In this document: in pieces, positions 26,981 through 39,459 of the stretch
Numbering within the stretch: the stretch's first letter is position 1
Layout of the letters: every line of letters starts with the position of its first letter
NCBI GenBank assembly: GCA_951406725.2
Contig: OX597814.1
Coordinates: 205,034,001 to 205,098,000, forward strand
DNA: 64,000 nucleotides
Reading direction: 5' to 3'
From: Octopus vulgaris
Taxonomy: Eukaryota
Position numbers and translations under genes: made by a program
The notes under the pieces: model-generated
The model's input: only the letters and a program-made list of their open reading frames with translations
Databases searched by the model: none
Told to the model about the DNA's origin: nothing

Positions 26981-29900
26981 GATAAAGTAATTGAGGTAAT
27001 CAGAGTATGTGACAGAATACTTAAGATTAGATTAGTGCTTCATCATAGTTTAGCAACCATTATATCAGCCTATGCTCCTCAGTCGGGGCTACCCGATGGA
27101 CAGAAAGACCGATTCTATGACACTCTACTGCAGACTACCTCGTTGACGAACGACAGAGACCTTATCTTTGTGGCTGGTGACTTCAATGGTCACGTTGGAC
27201 GACATGCTGGGGGCTTCCATGGCGTATATGGAGGCTATGGCTATGGCTCTCAAAACGAGGAGGGAACCAGGCTGCTGGAGTTCTGCGATGCAAATAATCT
27301 TATGATTTGCAACACTAACTTCAGGAAACCTACCAGCCACCTAGTCACTTACCGATCGGGCCAACATACCAGCCAAATTGACTACATCCTTGCAAGGCAA
27401 AGGGAGAGATGGCTGCTTATAAATGCCAAAACCTTCCCAGGTGAAGAATGTACCCCACAACATAGACTGGTAGTTAGTGACTTTAGGATCAGGACTAGGA
27501 GGACAACCAGAAGACGACCAATATGGAGAAGAAGGATCTGGAAGCTTAAAGATCCTGCAAATGGACAGAGATTTAGAGACATATTACTTGAAGCCTCTGA
27601 CGAAGTAGAAGGGGATAGAGCATCACAGGGGGTAGAAGACAGCTGGACGTTTCTAAGGGACAACCTGCTGAGAGCCACTGACCAGATCTGTGGCTGGTGC
27701 AAAGTCCCCTCTCGACCTAGAATAACGTGGTGGTGGAACAATATTGTAGACAGGGCTATTAGAGAAAAGAGACAGGCTTGGAAGGTCTGGAAAAATGGGG
27801 GTAGCAGGGAATTGTATCAGACTGCCAAAAGAGAAGCTAAAGACAGGTTTATTTAGCCAGAGGGGAAGCAGATAAGAAAAAATTTGCCAATGTTCTGCGC
27901 CGTGAGGACCAAAGACTGGAGGTGTTTCGCGTTGCAAGACAGTGTGTGAGAGAGAATCGTGATGTGGTAGGAGAGAAGTGTGTTCGCATGGAAGATGGTT
28001 CACTTGCGCTAAATGAGGATGCAAAGAGAGAGGTTTGGAGATGCCACTATGAAAGGTTGCTGAATAAAGAAAATGAATGGGATAAAGAGAGTCTGCCGAA
28101 TGTTGACCCAACAGAGGGACCAGCTATCCGAGTTGATAGTTCCGTGGTAGCTAAGGCAATTAGAAGCATGAAGACAGGAAAAGCCCCAGGCCCATCAGGA
28201 ATCACTGCAGAGATGCTCAAAATGTCTGGTAGTGTCGGCTATAGCCTAGTCACCCATATAGTTAATCAGGTGATACACAAAGGAGTCATACCCAATGACT
28301 GGTGTAGCAGCATAATAGTCAACTGCTACAAAGGTAAAGGTGACACCCTAGATACAAATAACTACAGAGGTATCAAGCTGTTGGATCAGGTGATGAAGGT
28401 TACGGAGAGGGTCATAGCCCAACTAATTAGAGAGAGAGTTAGTTTAGATGAGATGCAGTTTGGGTTTGTGCCAGGGAAAAGTACTACTGATGCTATATTC
28501 CTGGTAAGGCAGCTGCAGGAGAAATACCTAGCCAAAGATAAGCCCCTGTACCTGGCTTTTGTTGACATGGAGAAAGCCTTCGACAGGGTCCCCCGATCCC
28601 TTATCTTGGTGGGCAATGAGGAAACTAGGGATAGATGAATGGTTAGTGAGAGCTGTGCGGGCCATGTATAGGGACGCTGCTAGTAGGGTGAGGGTTGGAA
28701 ACGAGTACAGTGAAGAATTCCGGGTAGAGGTAGGGGTCCACCAAGGCTCAGTACTCAGCCCCCTCCTATTTATCATAGTCCTCCAGGCAATAACGGAGGA
28801 ATTCAAGACAGGATGCCCTTGGGAGCTCCTCTATGCTGATGACCTTGCTCTAATTGCTGAGTCGCTATCAGAACTGGAGGAGAAGTTTCAGGTGTGGAAA
28901 CAAGGATTAGAATCGAAGGGCCTCAGAGTCAATCTAGCTAAAACCAAAGTCGTAATCAGTAGGAAGGTAGACAAATCACAAACGCCTTCAGGTAGATGGC
29001 CCTGCTCGATCTGTAGAAAAGGTGTAGGTAGAAACTCTATAAGATGCACCAAGTGTAAGCTATGGACACATAAGAGGTGCAGCAATGTCAAAGGAAGGCT
29101 AACTAGGAAGATGGTTTTTGTATGTGGCAGATGCTCAGGAACAATAAACACTGAAAATGCTCTGAGACCAACTTCCGTCACTTTCCAGGGAGAAAAACTA
29201 GAAATAGTTGATAGTTTCCGTTACCTAGGTGACCAAGTCAGCAGCGGGGGCGGGTGTGCTGAAAGTGTAACTGCTAGAGTAAGAATAGCTTGGGCAAAGT
29301 TCAGAGAGCTCTTACCTCTGCTGGTGACAAAAGGCCTCTCGCACAGAGTGAAAGGCAGACTGTATGATGCGTGTGTACGAACAGCCATGCTACATGGCAG
29401 TGAAACATGGGCCGTGACTGCTGAGGATATGCGTAAGCTCGCAAGAAATGAAGCCAGTATGCTCCGATGGATGTGTAATGTCAGTGTTCATAATCGACAG
29501 AGTGTAAGTACCTTGAGAGAAAAGCTGGACCTAAGAAGCATCAGTTGTGGTGTGCAAGAGAGACGTTTGCGCTGGTATGGTCATGTGGCGAGAATGGATG
29601 AAGATAGTTGTGTGAAAAAGTGCCACACCCTAGCGGTTGAGGGAACCTGTGGAAGAGGCAGACCCAGGAAAACCTGGGACGAGGTGGTGAAGCACGACCT
29701 TCGAACTTTAGGTCTCACTGAGGAAATGACTAGAGACCGAGTCCTCTGGAAGTGTGCTGTGCGCGAGAAGACCCGGCAGGACAAGTGAGTCCATAACCCG
29801 TGGCCTTCTACTTGGGATGGAGCCAGCCTACGTATGCATACCTTCCCTTCTTGGGACACAAAACTCTACTTGTGAAGACCTGTTGAGGCAAGTGAGGATC

Positions 29901-30385
29901 AGAATCGAAATCGATCAATGGAAATTGCAGATGTGTTACCAGTGCCGGTGGCATGTCGAAACTCTACTTGTGAAGACCCGTTGAGGCAAGTGAGGATCAG
30001 AATGGAAATCGATCAATGGAAATTGCAGATGTGTTACCAGTGCCGGTGGCATGTAAGAGAACCTTCCGTTTCGCGACCGTTGCCAGCACCGCCCCGTTTC
30101 GTGTCCGTTGCCAGCCTCGCCTGGCCCTTGTGCCGGTGGCACATAAAAAGCACCATCCGTTCGTGGCCGTTTGCCAGCTCTGTCTGGCACCTGTGCGGGT
30201 GGCACGTAAAAAGCACCCACTACACTCACGGAGTGGTTGGCGTTAGGAAGGGCATCCAGCCGTAGAAACACTGCCAGATTTGACTGGGCCTGATGAAGCC
30301 TTCTGGCTTCACAGACCCCAGTAGAACCGTCCAACCCATGCTAGCATGGAAAACGGACGCTAAACGACGATGATGATGATGATGA
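26981..30385 (+). mobile_element. RTE-clade LINE, 5'-truncated: APE endonuclease, reverse transcriptase, 3' UTR and (GAT)n tail
   Basis: APE motifs are AYAPQ, GDFNGH, SQIDYIL and QHRLV. RT motifs are KAPGPSG, NYRGIKLL, QFGF, DMEKAFDRV, QGSVLSP, LYADD and FRYLG. There are only two single-base frameshifts (~27840, ~28605), and the stop is at 29788. Confidence 0.95.
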
Positions 30386-30392
30386 TATACAC

Positions 30393-30565
30393 ATATACAT
30401 ATGACGAGCTTCTTTCAGTTTCCGTCTACCAAATCCACTCACAAGGCTTTGGTCGGCCCGAGGCTATAGTAGAAGACACTTGCCCAAGGTGCCACGTAGT
30501 GTGAATGAACCAGGAACCATGTGGTTGGTAAGCAAGCTACTTACCACACAGCCACTCCTACGCCT
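30393..30565 (-). mobile_element. SINE family A, 5' half
   Basis: Reverse complement of the aggcgtaggagtggctgtgtggtaag head. Confidence 0.8.
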
Positions 30566-30569
30566 GCAT

Positions 30570-31060
30570 GACCCCTATTTTACTTAGCTGGATGGGTCTT
30601 CTCAAGTATAGCAAATTACCAATCATCTCAAGCCTTTATCATCTCCTTCGTGAGGTTCAACATCTGAAGATCATTTCTCACCACTGCGCCCCACATCTTC
30701 CTGGTGTCTCCTCTTTCATGGGGTTCCTCCACATTTAGAGATTGGCCCTTTTTAACGCAGCTGTCATCAACCATACACATCAAACCAGCACAGTTTCCTC
30801 TCTCTGGCACATGCCATCTGATGCCTCTTAGACCCAATTTCTCCACTTTGTTGTACATGTACAGCCAGTAGAGCATGCTGGCTTCTTTTCTTTCAAGTCA
30901 TTGCATGTCCCCTGCATTCATAGCCCATGTTTCACTTCCATGTAACAGAGCTGTTCATACGCAAGCAGTGTATGATCTGCTTTTCAACAAAGAGAGGCTC
31001 TTTGCTATCAACTAAGTTTATGGCTCTCTGAACTTTGCCCAGCTGGTTCTTATTCCAGCA
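30570..31060 (-). pseudogene. Older degenerate RTE ORF 3' fragment
   Basis: DDSCVKKGQSLNVE...RKMWGAVVRNDLQMLNLTKEM resembles the C-terminus of ORF 28559-29788. Confidence 0.8.
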
Positions 31061-31072
31061 ACAATGCTTTTA

Positions 31073-31770
31073 CACACACACACACAAACACACACTGATA
31101 CATACACAAACACAGACGCACACACACATTCTCACATACAGACGCACACAGACACACACACACACAAACATGCATGCATGCACACACACACCGATACATA
31201 CACAAACAGACATACACAGATGCACACACACACACACTCACATACAGATGCACACAGACACACACACATACATGCATACATGCACACACACACACCGATA
31301 CATACACAAACAGACACATACACAGATGCACACACACACACACTCACATACAGACGCACACAGACACACACACATACATGCATGCATGCATGCACACACA
31401 CCGATACATACACAAACAGACACATACACAGACGCACACACACACACACTCACATATAGACACACACAGACACAGACACACACACATGCATGCATGCATG
31501 CACACACACTGATACATACACAAACAGACACATACACAGATGCACACACACACACTCACATACAGATGCACACAGACACACACACATGCATGCACACACA
31601 CTGATACATACACAAACAGACACATACACAGACGCACACACACACACATATAGACGCACACAGACACAGACACATACATGCATGCACACACACCGATACA
31701 TACACAAACACAGACACACACACAGACAGACACACACACACACACACACACAAGCACATATTTACACATG
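31073..31770. repeat. CA-rich minisatellite (~75-80 bp higher-order unit)
   Basis: The anchor gatacatacacaaacagaca recurs through the region. Confidence 0.85.
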
Positions 31771-32310
31771 TATTACATGCATCATCATAATCATCATGAT
31801 CATAACCATTCAGTGTCCACTTTCCATGATGGCATGGGTCGGAGGGTTTAACAGAAGCTGGCAAGTTAGAAGACTGTGTCAACCTCTGTCTGCTTTCGCA
31901 TGGTTTCTCTTGGGTGGACAGAAAGTTTCCTGAAAGCCCCCTAACTCCCTGCAGTGTGGTCTCACTTCCTTCTGCAGTCCCAATCAGACTTCAGCCTTGC
32001 AGGCTGCATGGCAACCTCATTGCTGTTCGTACCACAGAATATGCACCCACTGTGCTCAGCAAAGTGACTGGTTAGGGGTTAGGGGTCAGGAATGGAATTA
32101 CACCAAAGAAGAGATAGACCAATTAAGCACATGTCTGGCGGCAGGTGAATGTTAATTGTTAGCAAAGACACAGAAGTTCGTTTTGCAACTGCGATATACA
32201 AACAGAGCCTTTGATATGATTGGAGAGTATATTATGGTCACAAAGAGAAATACTCTGTCCTTGCTACAAATTTGTGTGTGTGTGTGTGTGTGTGTGTACA
32301 CATATATATC

Positions 32311-32463
32311 ATGGCTGTGTTGTAAGAAACTTGCTTCCCAACCACATGGTTCTCAGTTCAGTCCTACAGCATGGCACCTTGGGCCAGTGCCTTCTACTAT
32401 AGCCTCGGGCCAGCCAAAGCCTTGTGAGTGGATTTGGTAGACAGAAACTGAAAGAAGCCTGTC

Positions 32464-32509
<46 letters not shown>

Positions 32510-32718
32510 AATTGTGTATGTGTGTATGTTTGTCTCCCGCCATCGCTTGACAACTGACGTTGGTGTGTTTATGTCCCTGTAACTTAGCAGTTCTGCAAAA
32601 GAGACTGATAGAATAAGTACTAGGCTTACAAAGAATAACTGTCAATTTGTTCGACTAAAGGTCGTGCTCCAGAATGGCCACAGTCAAGTGACTGAAACAA
32701 GTAAAAGAATAAAAGAAT
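32311..32718 (+). mobile_element. SINE family A
   Basis: Head, central microsatellite and tail are all present. Confidence 0.85.
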
Positions 32719-32720
32719 AT

Positions 32721-33108
32721 ATCATCATCATCATCATCGTTTACCGTCCGCTTTCCGTGCTGGCATGGGTTGGACGGTTCAACCGGGGTCTGGGAAGCCA
32801 GGAGGCTGCACCAGCCTCCAGTCTGATCTGGCAGGGTTTCTACAGCTGGATGCCCTTCCTAACGCCAACCACTCCGAGAGTGTAGTGGGTGCTTTTACGT
32901 GCCACTGGCATGGGGGCCAGTCAGGCAGTACTGGCAACAACCTCGCTTGAATCTTTTACACATGCCACCGGCACAGGTGCCAGTAAGGCGATGCTGGTAA
33001 CAATCACACTCGAATGGTGTCTTTTACGTGCCACCGGCATGGAGGCCAGATAGCCGCTCTGGCAATGATCACGCTTGGATGGTGCTCTTAATACCCTGCT
33101 AGCACGGG
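32721..33108 (-). mobile_element. RTE 3' tail
   Basis: Matches the tail consensus. Confidence 0.85.
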
Positions 33109-33452
33109 GCTCGACGATAGTTAAAATATTATGTCAAGAAGTCGAGACCCTGATACAGAGCCAGTTACAGGTTCATTTTGTATGTGAAGTTGTGGCTGTG
33201 ATGCTGCTGCCTGGGTCACTTGGTACAGGAGTTCGTGCAGGTTGTATATTCGCTGTTGATCCATAGTGAAAAAATTCATGGACAGTGAACTGTTGGAACC
33301 TGGGTGAAGTGCTTGCTGAGCTGTGTACATAGAGAGAGGATGTTGATGTTAAGGACATGATGGTGGCGACGAAGAAGGAGGTTTCTGCAATGCTGTTGGA
33401 CAAAGTTGGTAAGTCTTAATGTAGCTGCTGTGGCGGTGGTATTGTCACTCAT

Positions 33453-33685
33453 AAGGCGGCGAGCTGGCAGAAACGTTAGAACGCTGGGCGAAATGCTTAG
33501 CAGTATTTCGTCTGCCATTACGTTCTGAGTTCAAATTCCACCAAGGTCGACTTTGCCTTTCATCCTTTCGGGGTCGATCAAATAGTCACCAGTTACGCAC
33601 TGGGGTTGATATAATCGACTTAATCCGTTTGTCTGTCCTTGTTTGTCTCCTCTATGTTTAGCCCCTTGTGGGTAGTAAAGAAATA
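33453..33685 (+). mobile_element. tRNA-derived SINE family B with a 14-bp target-site duplication
   Basis: TSD ggtattgtcactca occurs at 33438-33451 and 33686-33699. Confidence 0.9.
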
Positions 33686-34073
33686 GGTATTGTCACTCAC
33701 ATTGTCACTGGAACTGGCTGTGTCTTTGTGGTCAGTGCTAGACCTTAAAAGGTCTGGAACCAAAGACACCAGAATGAGGAAAAGCTGAGTTTTTATAAGG
33801 AGCTGTAGGCTAAAACAGGGTAGTAAACAGGCTGTCCCACGTGATCCTATTTAGAGCCTCTGACTGGTTACCCACAGCAAGTTAGTACAATTGAGCAAGA
33901 GACAAAATGTGTCGATACCAACCAATCAAAGAAGTAGATACAACGTGATCCAAATAGCGGCCAAAGGCTAGCTGTTCCCTGGTATATTCGAATGCACATA
34001 TATTTAATAAATGGGAGGGGGTGGGAATTTCACCTGAATCTACGCTACATATGGAACAAGTTATAAATAATGG

Positions 34074-34545
34074 TCATCATCATCGTTTAATGTCCATTTT
34101 CCATGCTGGCATGGCTTGGACGATTTGACTGAGGTCTGGCAAACCAGATGGCTGTACCAGACTCCAATCTGATCTGGCAGAGTTTCTACAGCTGGATGCC
34201 CTTCTTAGCACCAACCACTCCAAGAGTGTAGTGGGTGCTTTTATGTGCCACCAGCACGAGGGCCAGTCAGGCGGTACTGGTAACGGCCACGCTCAAATGG
34301 TGCTTTTTATGTGCCACCTGCACAGTAGCCAGTCCAGTGGCACTGGCAACGACCTTGCTCGAATGTTTTTTCACATGCCACCAGCACACGTGCAAGTAGG
34401 CAACGCAGGTAACGATCACACTCGAATGGTGTTTTTTAACATGCCATTGGCTTGGAGGCCAGCTTGTTGCCCTGGCCCCGATCTTACTGGTATGGTTCTC
34501 TTAGTGCTCCACGAGCACGGATGCAAGTCATCGAATTCGATTTCG
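34074..34545 (-). mobile_element. RTE 3' tail
   Basis: Matches the tail consensus. Confidence 0.8.
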
Positions 34546-35350
34546 ATATTACATATTTTTCCTTACAGCTGTTTCCAGTAGTCACTGTAGGCAGATTACT
34601 GATAGGGTTTACTCAGTTGGTCTATTGATCAATTGAAGAAAACTGGACGACCTAAGAAAATTAATTACTACTTTCATCAGAACCATTTCTGGTTATAACA
34701 AGCAGAATACTGAAGGAATGGCTTTTGTATGAGGAAGGGGGAGGGGGTGGAGAAGAAGATGGAAAGATGCAAGTAGAATAAAGAAGAGAGGAAGACAAGT
34801 TACAAAGGGATGGAAGGAGGTAAGGGGATGGTATAAGAGTCACTTACAAGAAGTGGGGGGGCATTTTATTTATTTCTTTATTGCCCACAAGGGGCTAACT
34901 ATAGAAGGGACAAACAAGGACAGACAAAGGGATTAAGTCGATTACATCTACCCCAGTGCGTAACTGGTACTTAATTTATCGACCCCGAAAGGATGAAAGG
35001 CAAAGTTGACCTTGGCGGAATTTGAACTCAGGGCAAAATTTGGACGAGGGATGGTCCTGAAATATTAGTGTTTGTAGCCAGGTGAACAGACATGAACCAT
35101 ATTAGCATTGTATGTAGGTGAGTTGTCCTCCAGGTATTGTGTGCATGTGTATGTAACACCTGATGGTTCCAATTGGAGATAACTGTCAGTCATTACATGT
35201 GACGGACAGTTATGTCGTTAAGTGGATGGTTTGTAATGCTGAAAATAACCATGGCAACAATCGCACACCTGTTTCAAACTGTAATTAACTGTTTTCAATT
35301 TCGTTTTACCTTGCTGTTAAAATATGTGATGTCTGGTTTCTATGTTACAG

Positions 35351-35383
35351 AGACCAGAGTTACAGAAAAATGCCAGGCAATTG
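35351..35383 (+). CDS. Candidate micro-exon (RPELQKNARQL)
   Basis: tttctatgttacAG, 33 nt, then GTAAGT; phase 0-0. Confidence 0.5.
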
Positions 35384-35459
35384 GTAAGTTGTAATATGTC
35401 ACAAAGCTTTTTATTAGAATTCCTCCCCCCTCCTCTTCATCCTCCTCCTCCTCTTTGTT

Positions 35460-35770
35460 GCCATCATCATCATTGTCGTCATTATCATCATTGTCATCAT
35501 CATCATCATCGTTGTCGTCATCATTATCATCATCGTTGTCATCGTCATCATCATCATCATTTTTGTCATCATTGTTATCATCATCGTCATCATCGTTGTC
35601 ATCATCATTATCATTGTTGTCATCATCATTGTTGTCATCATCGTTATTATCATCATCGTTATTATCATCATCGTTGTCGTCATCATCATCATTGTCGTCG
35701 TCGTTATTATCATCATCGTCGTCGTCGTCATCGTTATTATCATCATCGTTGTCGTCATCATCATCATCGT
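35460..35770. repeat. Imperfect (TCA/TCG/TTG)n trinucleotide repeat
   Basis: Seen directly in the sequence. Confidence 0.95.
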
Positions 35771-35953
35771 TCAATATTTCGTTTCCTTACCTTATATGGC
35801 ATGTTTCTCAATTGAGAATTAATTTGATGTTCCAAACTATAATTTAAAATCTGACCAAAAAGAAAATAACTTCATTTAATCTATAAAAATTAAATCTATA
35901 AAATTTAGATTTTATAAAACGAATGTCTTTAGAATACATTTCAACATTTTCAG

Positions 35954-36120
35954 ATTGTGCTGAAAAGCGAACCGGATCTTCCAACCTTTGTTTATCCTAA
36001 AGACTTACATCCCAAAATATTTTGGCGAGATGTCAGGCAGCCCTTGGACCGAATGTCTCGTAAATCTCTAAGATCAGATTATGGCCAGAGGAATTTTTTA
36101 CGCTCTCAGAATTCAAAGAG
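35954..36120 (+). CDS. Candidate internal exon (IVLKSEPDLPTFVYPKDLHPKIFWRDVRQPLDRMSRKSLRSDYGQRNFLRSQNSK)
   Basis: catttcaacattttcAG, 167 nt open in phase 0, then GTAACT; phase 2 out. Confidence 0.55.
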
Positions 36121-36489
36121 GTAACTTGTTATTCTTTGATGTGTACTCGTTTTATCAGACTCTTTTGCCAAACCACTAAGTTACAGGGATGTAAACATAC
36201 CAACACTGGTGTACTACGGCACTCCATCAATTACGATGAGGGTTCCTGTTGATCCAACCAACGGAATAGCCAGCTCATGAAATTAATGAGTAAGTGGCTG
36301 AGCATTCCACAGACACATGTACCTTTAATGTAGTTCTCGGGGAGATTCAGTGTGACACAGAGTGCGACAAGGCTGGCCCTTTGAAATATAGGTACAACAG
36401 AAACAGGAAGAAAGAGTGAGAGAAAGTTGTGGTGAAAGAGTACAGCAGTAACACAAAGAAAGACCCTTCATTAGTTGTCAGCTATCTAT

Positions 36490-36714
36490 CTATTTCTTTA
36501 TTGCCCACAGGGGGCTAAACATAGAGGAGACAAACAAGGACAAAGGGATTATGTCGATTACATCGACCCCAGTACGCAACTGGTACTTTATTTATCGACC
36601 CCGAAAGGATGAAAGGCAAAGTCGACCTCGGCGGAATTTGAACTCAGAACGTAGCGGCAGACGAAATACCACTAAGCATTTTGCCCGGCAGGCTAACGAT
36701 TCTGCCAGCTCGCC
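36490..36714 (-). mobile_element. SINE family B
   Basis: Reverse-complement match, flanked by a gtcagct(a/g)tctatcta duplication. Confidence 0.85.
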
Positions 36715-36852
36715 TGTCAGCTGTCTATCTACTCTTCATTTCGAGCATTCAATGACAATACGAGTCTTCGAAGACAGTTGCTCCCATACGTGCCAAAATA
36801 AAATTTGGGATTTATGGAGGGTCAATGGTTTGGATTTATGGAGATAAATGTA

Positions 36853-36894
<42 letters not shown>

Positions 36895-38889
36895 TGAGTG
36901 GGTGTGAGTGGGTGTATGCACCCCACCTTTTTTTTTCTGTATGTAAGCACATAGAAAAAAATAAATAAATAAACAGATCAACATAGAGACGGATAGGTAC
37001 ATAGGCTATAAGAACAGACACATATGGAGACACGGATCCACACAAATAAAGATGCACATCCATACATACAAACATGGTACATAGTTGCATAACACACATG
37101 CACACACAGACATGCACACACAAGGAGACAGAGGAGCATACATATACAAACACATGCTCACACACACATAGAAAATACACAAACACGGACATGCATGCAC
37201 ATAAATATGCAGGATACGTACATATAGATGCACACACATACATACATATATACATATGCATGATGATGATGACCCCCCCCCTTCGGTCAGATACTGACCA
37301 TGGGTTTGCACCTAGAGAGTTACCCTCTGAGGCACAAGTCTGGGCAAGGTTGTTTTATGGAAGACCAGCAGTCGCCCATGCATACCGGCCTCCCCTCTCC
37401 ACGTCACCAGTGTTATCCAAGGGAAAGGCAAGGGGGCCGATACAGCTTGGCACCTGTGACGTCGCAACTCATTTCTACAGCTGAGTTAACTGGAGCAACG
37501 TGAAATAAAGTGCCTTGCTCAAGAACACAACACGCAGCCCGGTCCGGGATTCGAGTTCAGAACCTCACGATCATAAGCTCGACGCTCTAACCACTGAGCC
37601 ACGTGCCTTCATATGCATACACACACATATATATACATACATATGCCATGCGCCTTCATATGCATACACACACATATATATACATACATATGCCACGCGC
37701 CATACATATGCATACACACACACACATATATATACATACATATGCAAACACACATATAAATACATACGTACATGCATGCATGTATAGGCACACACACAAA
37801 AATACACAAACACGGACAGGCAAGCACATAAATATGCAGTATACGCACATATAGATGCACACACATACATACACATGCAAACACACACATACGTATATGC
37901 ATGTATAGGCACACACACACACACACACACACGCACACTGACCCACACACATGTGCACAAACAAACAAAAAGGAACGCAGTGTAAATAACGGACAGAGTC
38001 AAGACTATTGAAAATGTTGCAAGACGCAACGAAAATTTTAGGAAAATAAAAATAAGAAAAAAAGTGGAAATTTTACTGGTGAGTATGTTACATTATAAGG
38101 CACAAAATGAAAATGAATATACTTCAACACACAAACTCACATAAAGAATCTTGCAAACCCAATCCAAAAACGAAATATATATATATATAACATTTACAAT
38201 ATGAATTACAATGAGAAAGATATGGTATACAATTTTTTTGTGCAGGGGTTTCCTTGAGATATGAAATTATTTTAAGGGTTATGCAAGGGCAAAAAGGTTG
38301 AGAAATACTGATTTAGAGGAATGAGCTTAACAAAGGAGCCTATATATTGATGTTTGATCAACTGGAAATAGCAACCAAGTCTTCCTCAAAACTCATTATC
38401 TTATGAAACTGAAGGATGCATTAGAGTGTAAGTCTAGATTGTTCTGCATAAAAGATGGGATAGTCACATTTGGTTTGTCTTTGATCATTGTACTGTAGGA
38501 TCTGGACTGACTTGTGACTTAGCATCAAACACATAGAACAATACATGAGACAATCCTAGATTCTCTATATCTGATAAAAGATGGGAGAGTCACATTTGGA
38601 ATGTTTTTGATCACAGTTTTGTAGAATCAGGGCTGACCTCATATAAACAACAGGGAAAGACGCAATGGATAATAAAGTCCCAGATACTCTGTTTGGATGA
38701 AAGAGGGGATGGTCTCAGTTGGAACGTCTTTAAAGTTTTACTGGACCAGCTGACTTAACACTAACCAACAACATCCAAGAGATTTCAGTTTTGTCTTGTT
38801 TTGATTCTGAGATTGGTTAATACGGGAAAGAAAGCAGTTTCCATAATTTAATCAAATGCATATGAACACACCAAGAGATCTTGTCAGGA

Positions 38890-39175
38890 ATGTGTCCCAT
38901 ATATTTAAAGAATACTTGTGAATATGCCAAGTCCCTCAGCCCCCTTTAATAATATATTCCATGCCAAAATTATTCTTCAGCCCTCTTCACTAATATATGG
39001 CATACATTTACAGAACAGTTGTGAAGAAGCCAAGTTCTTCAGCCCCCTTCACTAATATGTTCCATGCCAAGTTCTTCAGCCCCCTTCACTAATATGTTCC
39101 ATGCCAAGTTTTTCAGCCCCCTTCACTAATATGTCCCATACATTTACAGAACAGTCGTGCCAAGTTCTCCAGCAC
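38890..39175 (+). repeat. Tandem array of ~37-bp units (gccaagttcttcagcccccttcactaatatgttccat) that includes repeated splice-acceptor copies
   Basis: About six units, with acceptor-like AGs ending at 38910, 39013 and 39149. Confidence 0.85.
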
Positions 39176-39229
39176 CTACTTTGGCCACAGATAAAAGTAT
39201 GGATTTAGAAACCAACCAAATTCTGAAAG
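39150..39229 (+). CDS. Candidate internal exon (TVVPSSPAPTLATDKSMDLETNQILK)
   Basis: Branch-point-like CTAAT, catacatttacAG, 80 nt open, then GTAAGA. Phase 2 in and phase 1 out match the neighbouring exons. Confidence 0.55.
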
Positions 39230-39459
39230 GTAAGAGCTTTTAGCTTATGTTACCAAAGTGATTATTGTTGTTGTAATAACTTCAAAGGTGTAATGACTAT
39301 AAGTGCAACATTTAGTACACAGAAGAGTTTGGTATTGAGAGATGTTCTACCAGTGGGGCTGGGAATACTGGGGCTGGTGGAGGCTAAATCACAAACCACA
39401 GAGAATTCCTGACAAACATTTATTGAATAAAACAGCCATCTACATATCATATACATGTA

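Noticed and set aside
34569-34726. Acceptor ttttccttacAG followed by unique sequence
   Set aside because: All three frames hit stops before a credible donor.
35340-35847. Poly-Asp, poly-Ser and poly-His ORFs
   Set aside because: This is a trinucleotide repeat open in several frames, and it lies in a predicted intron.
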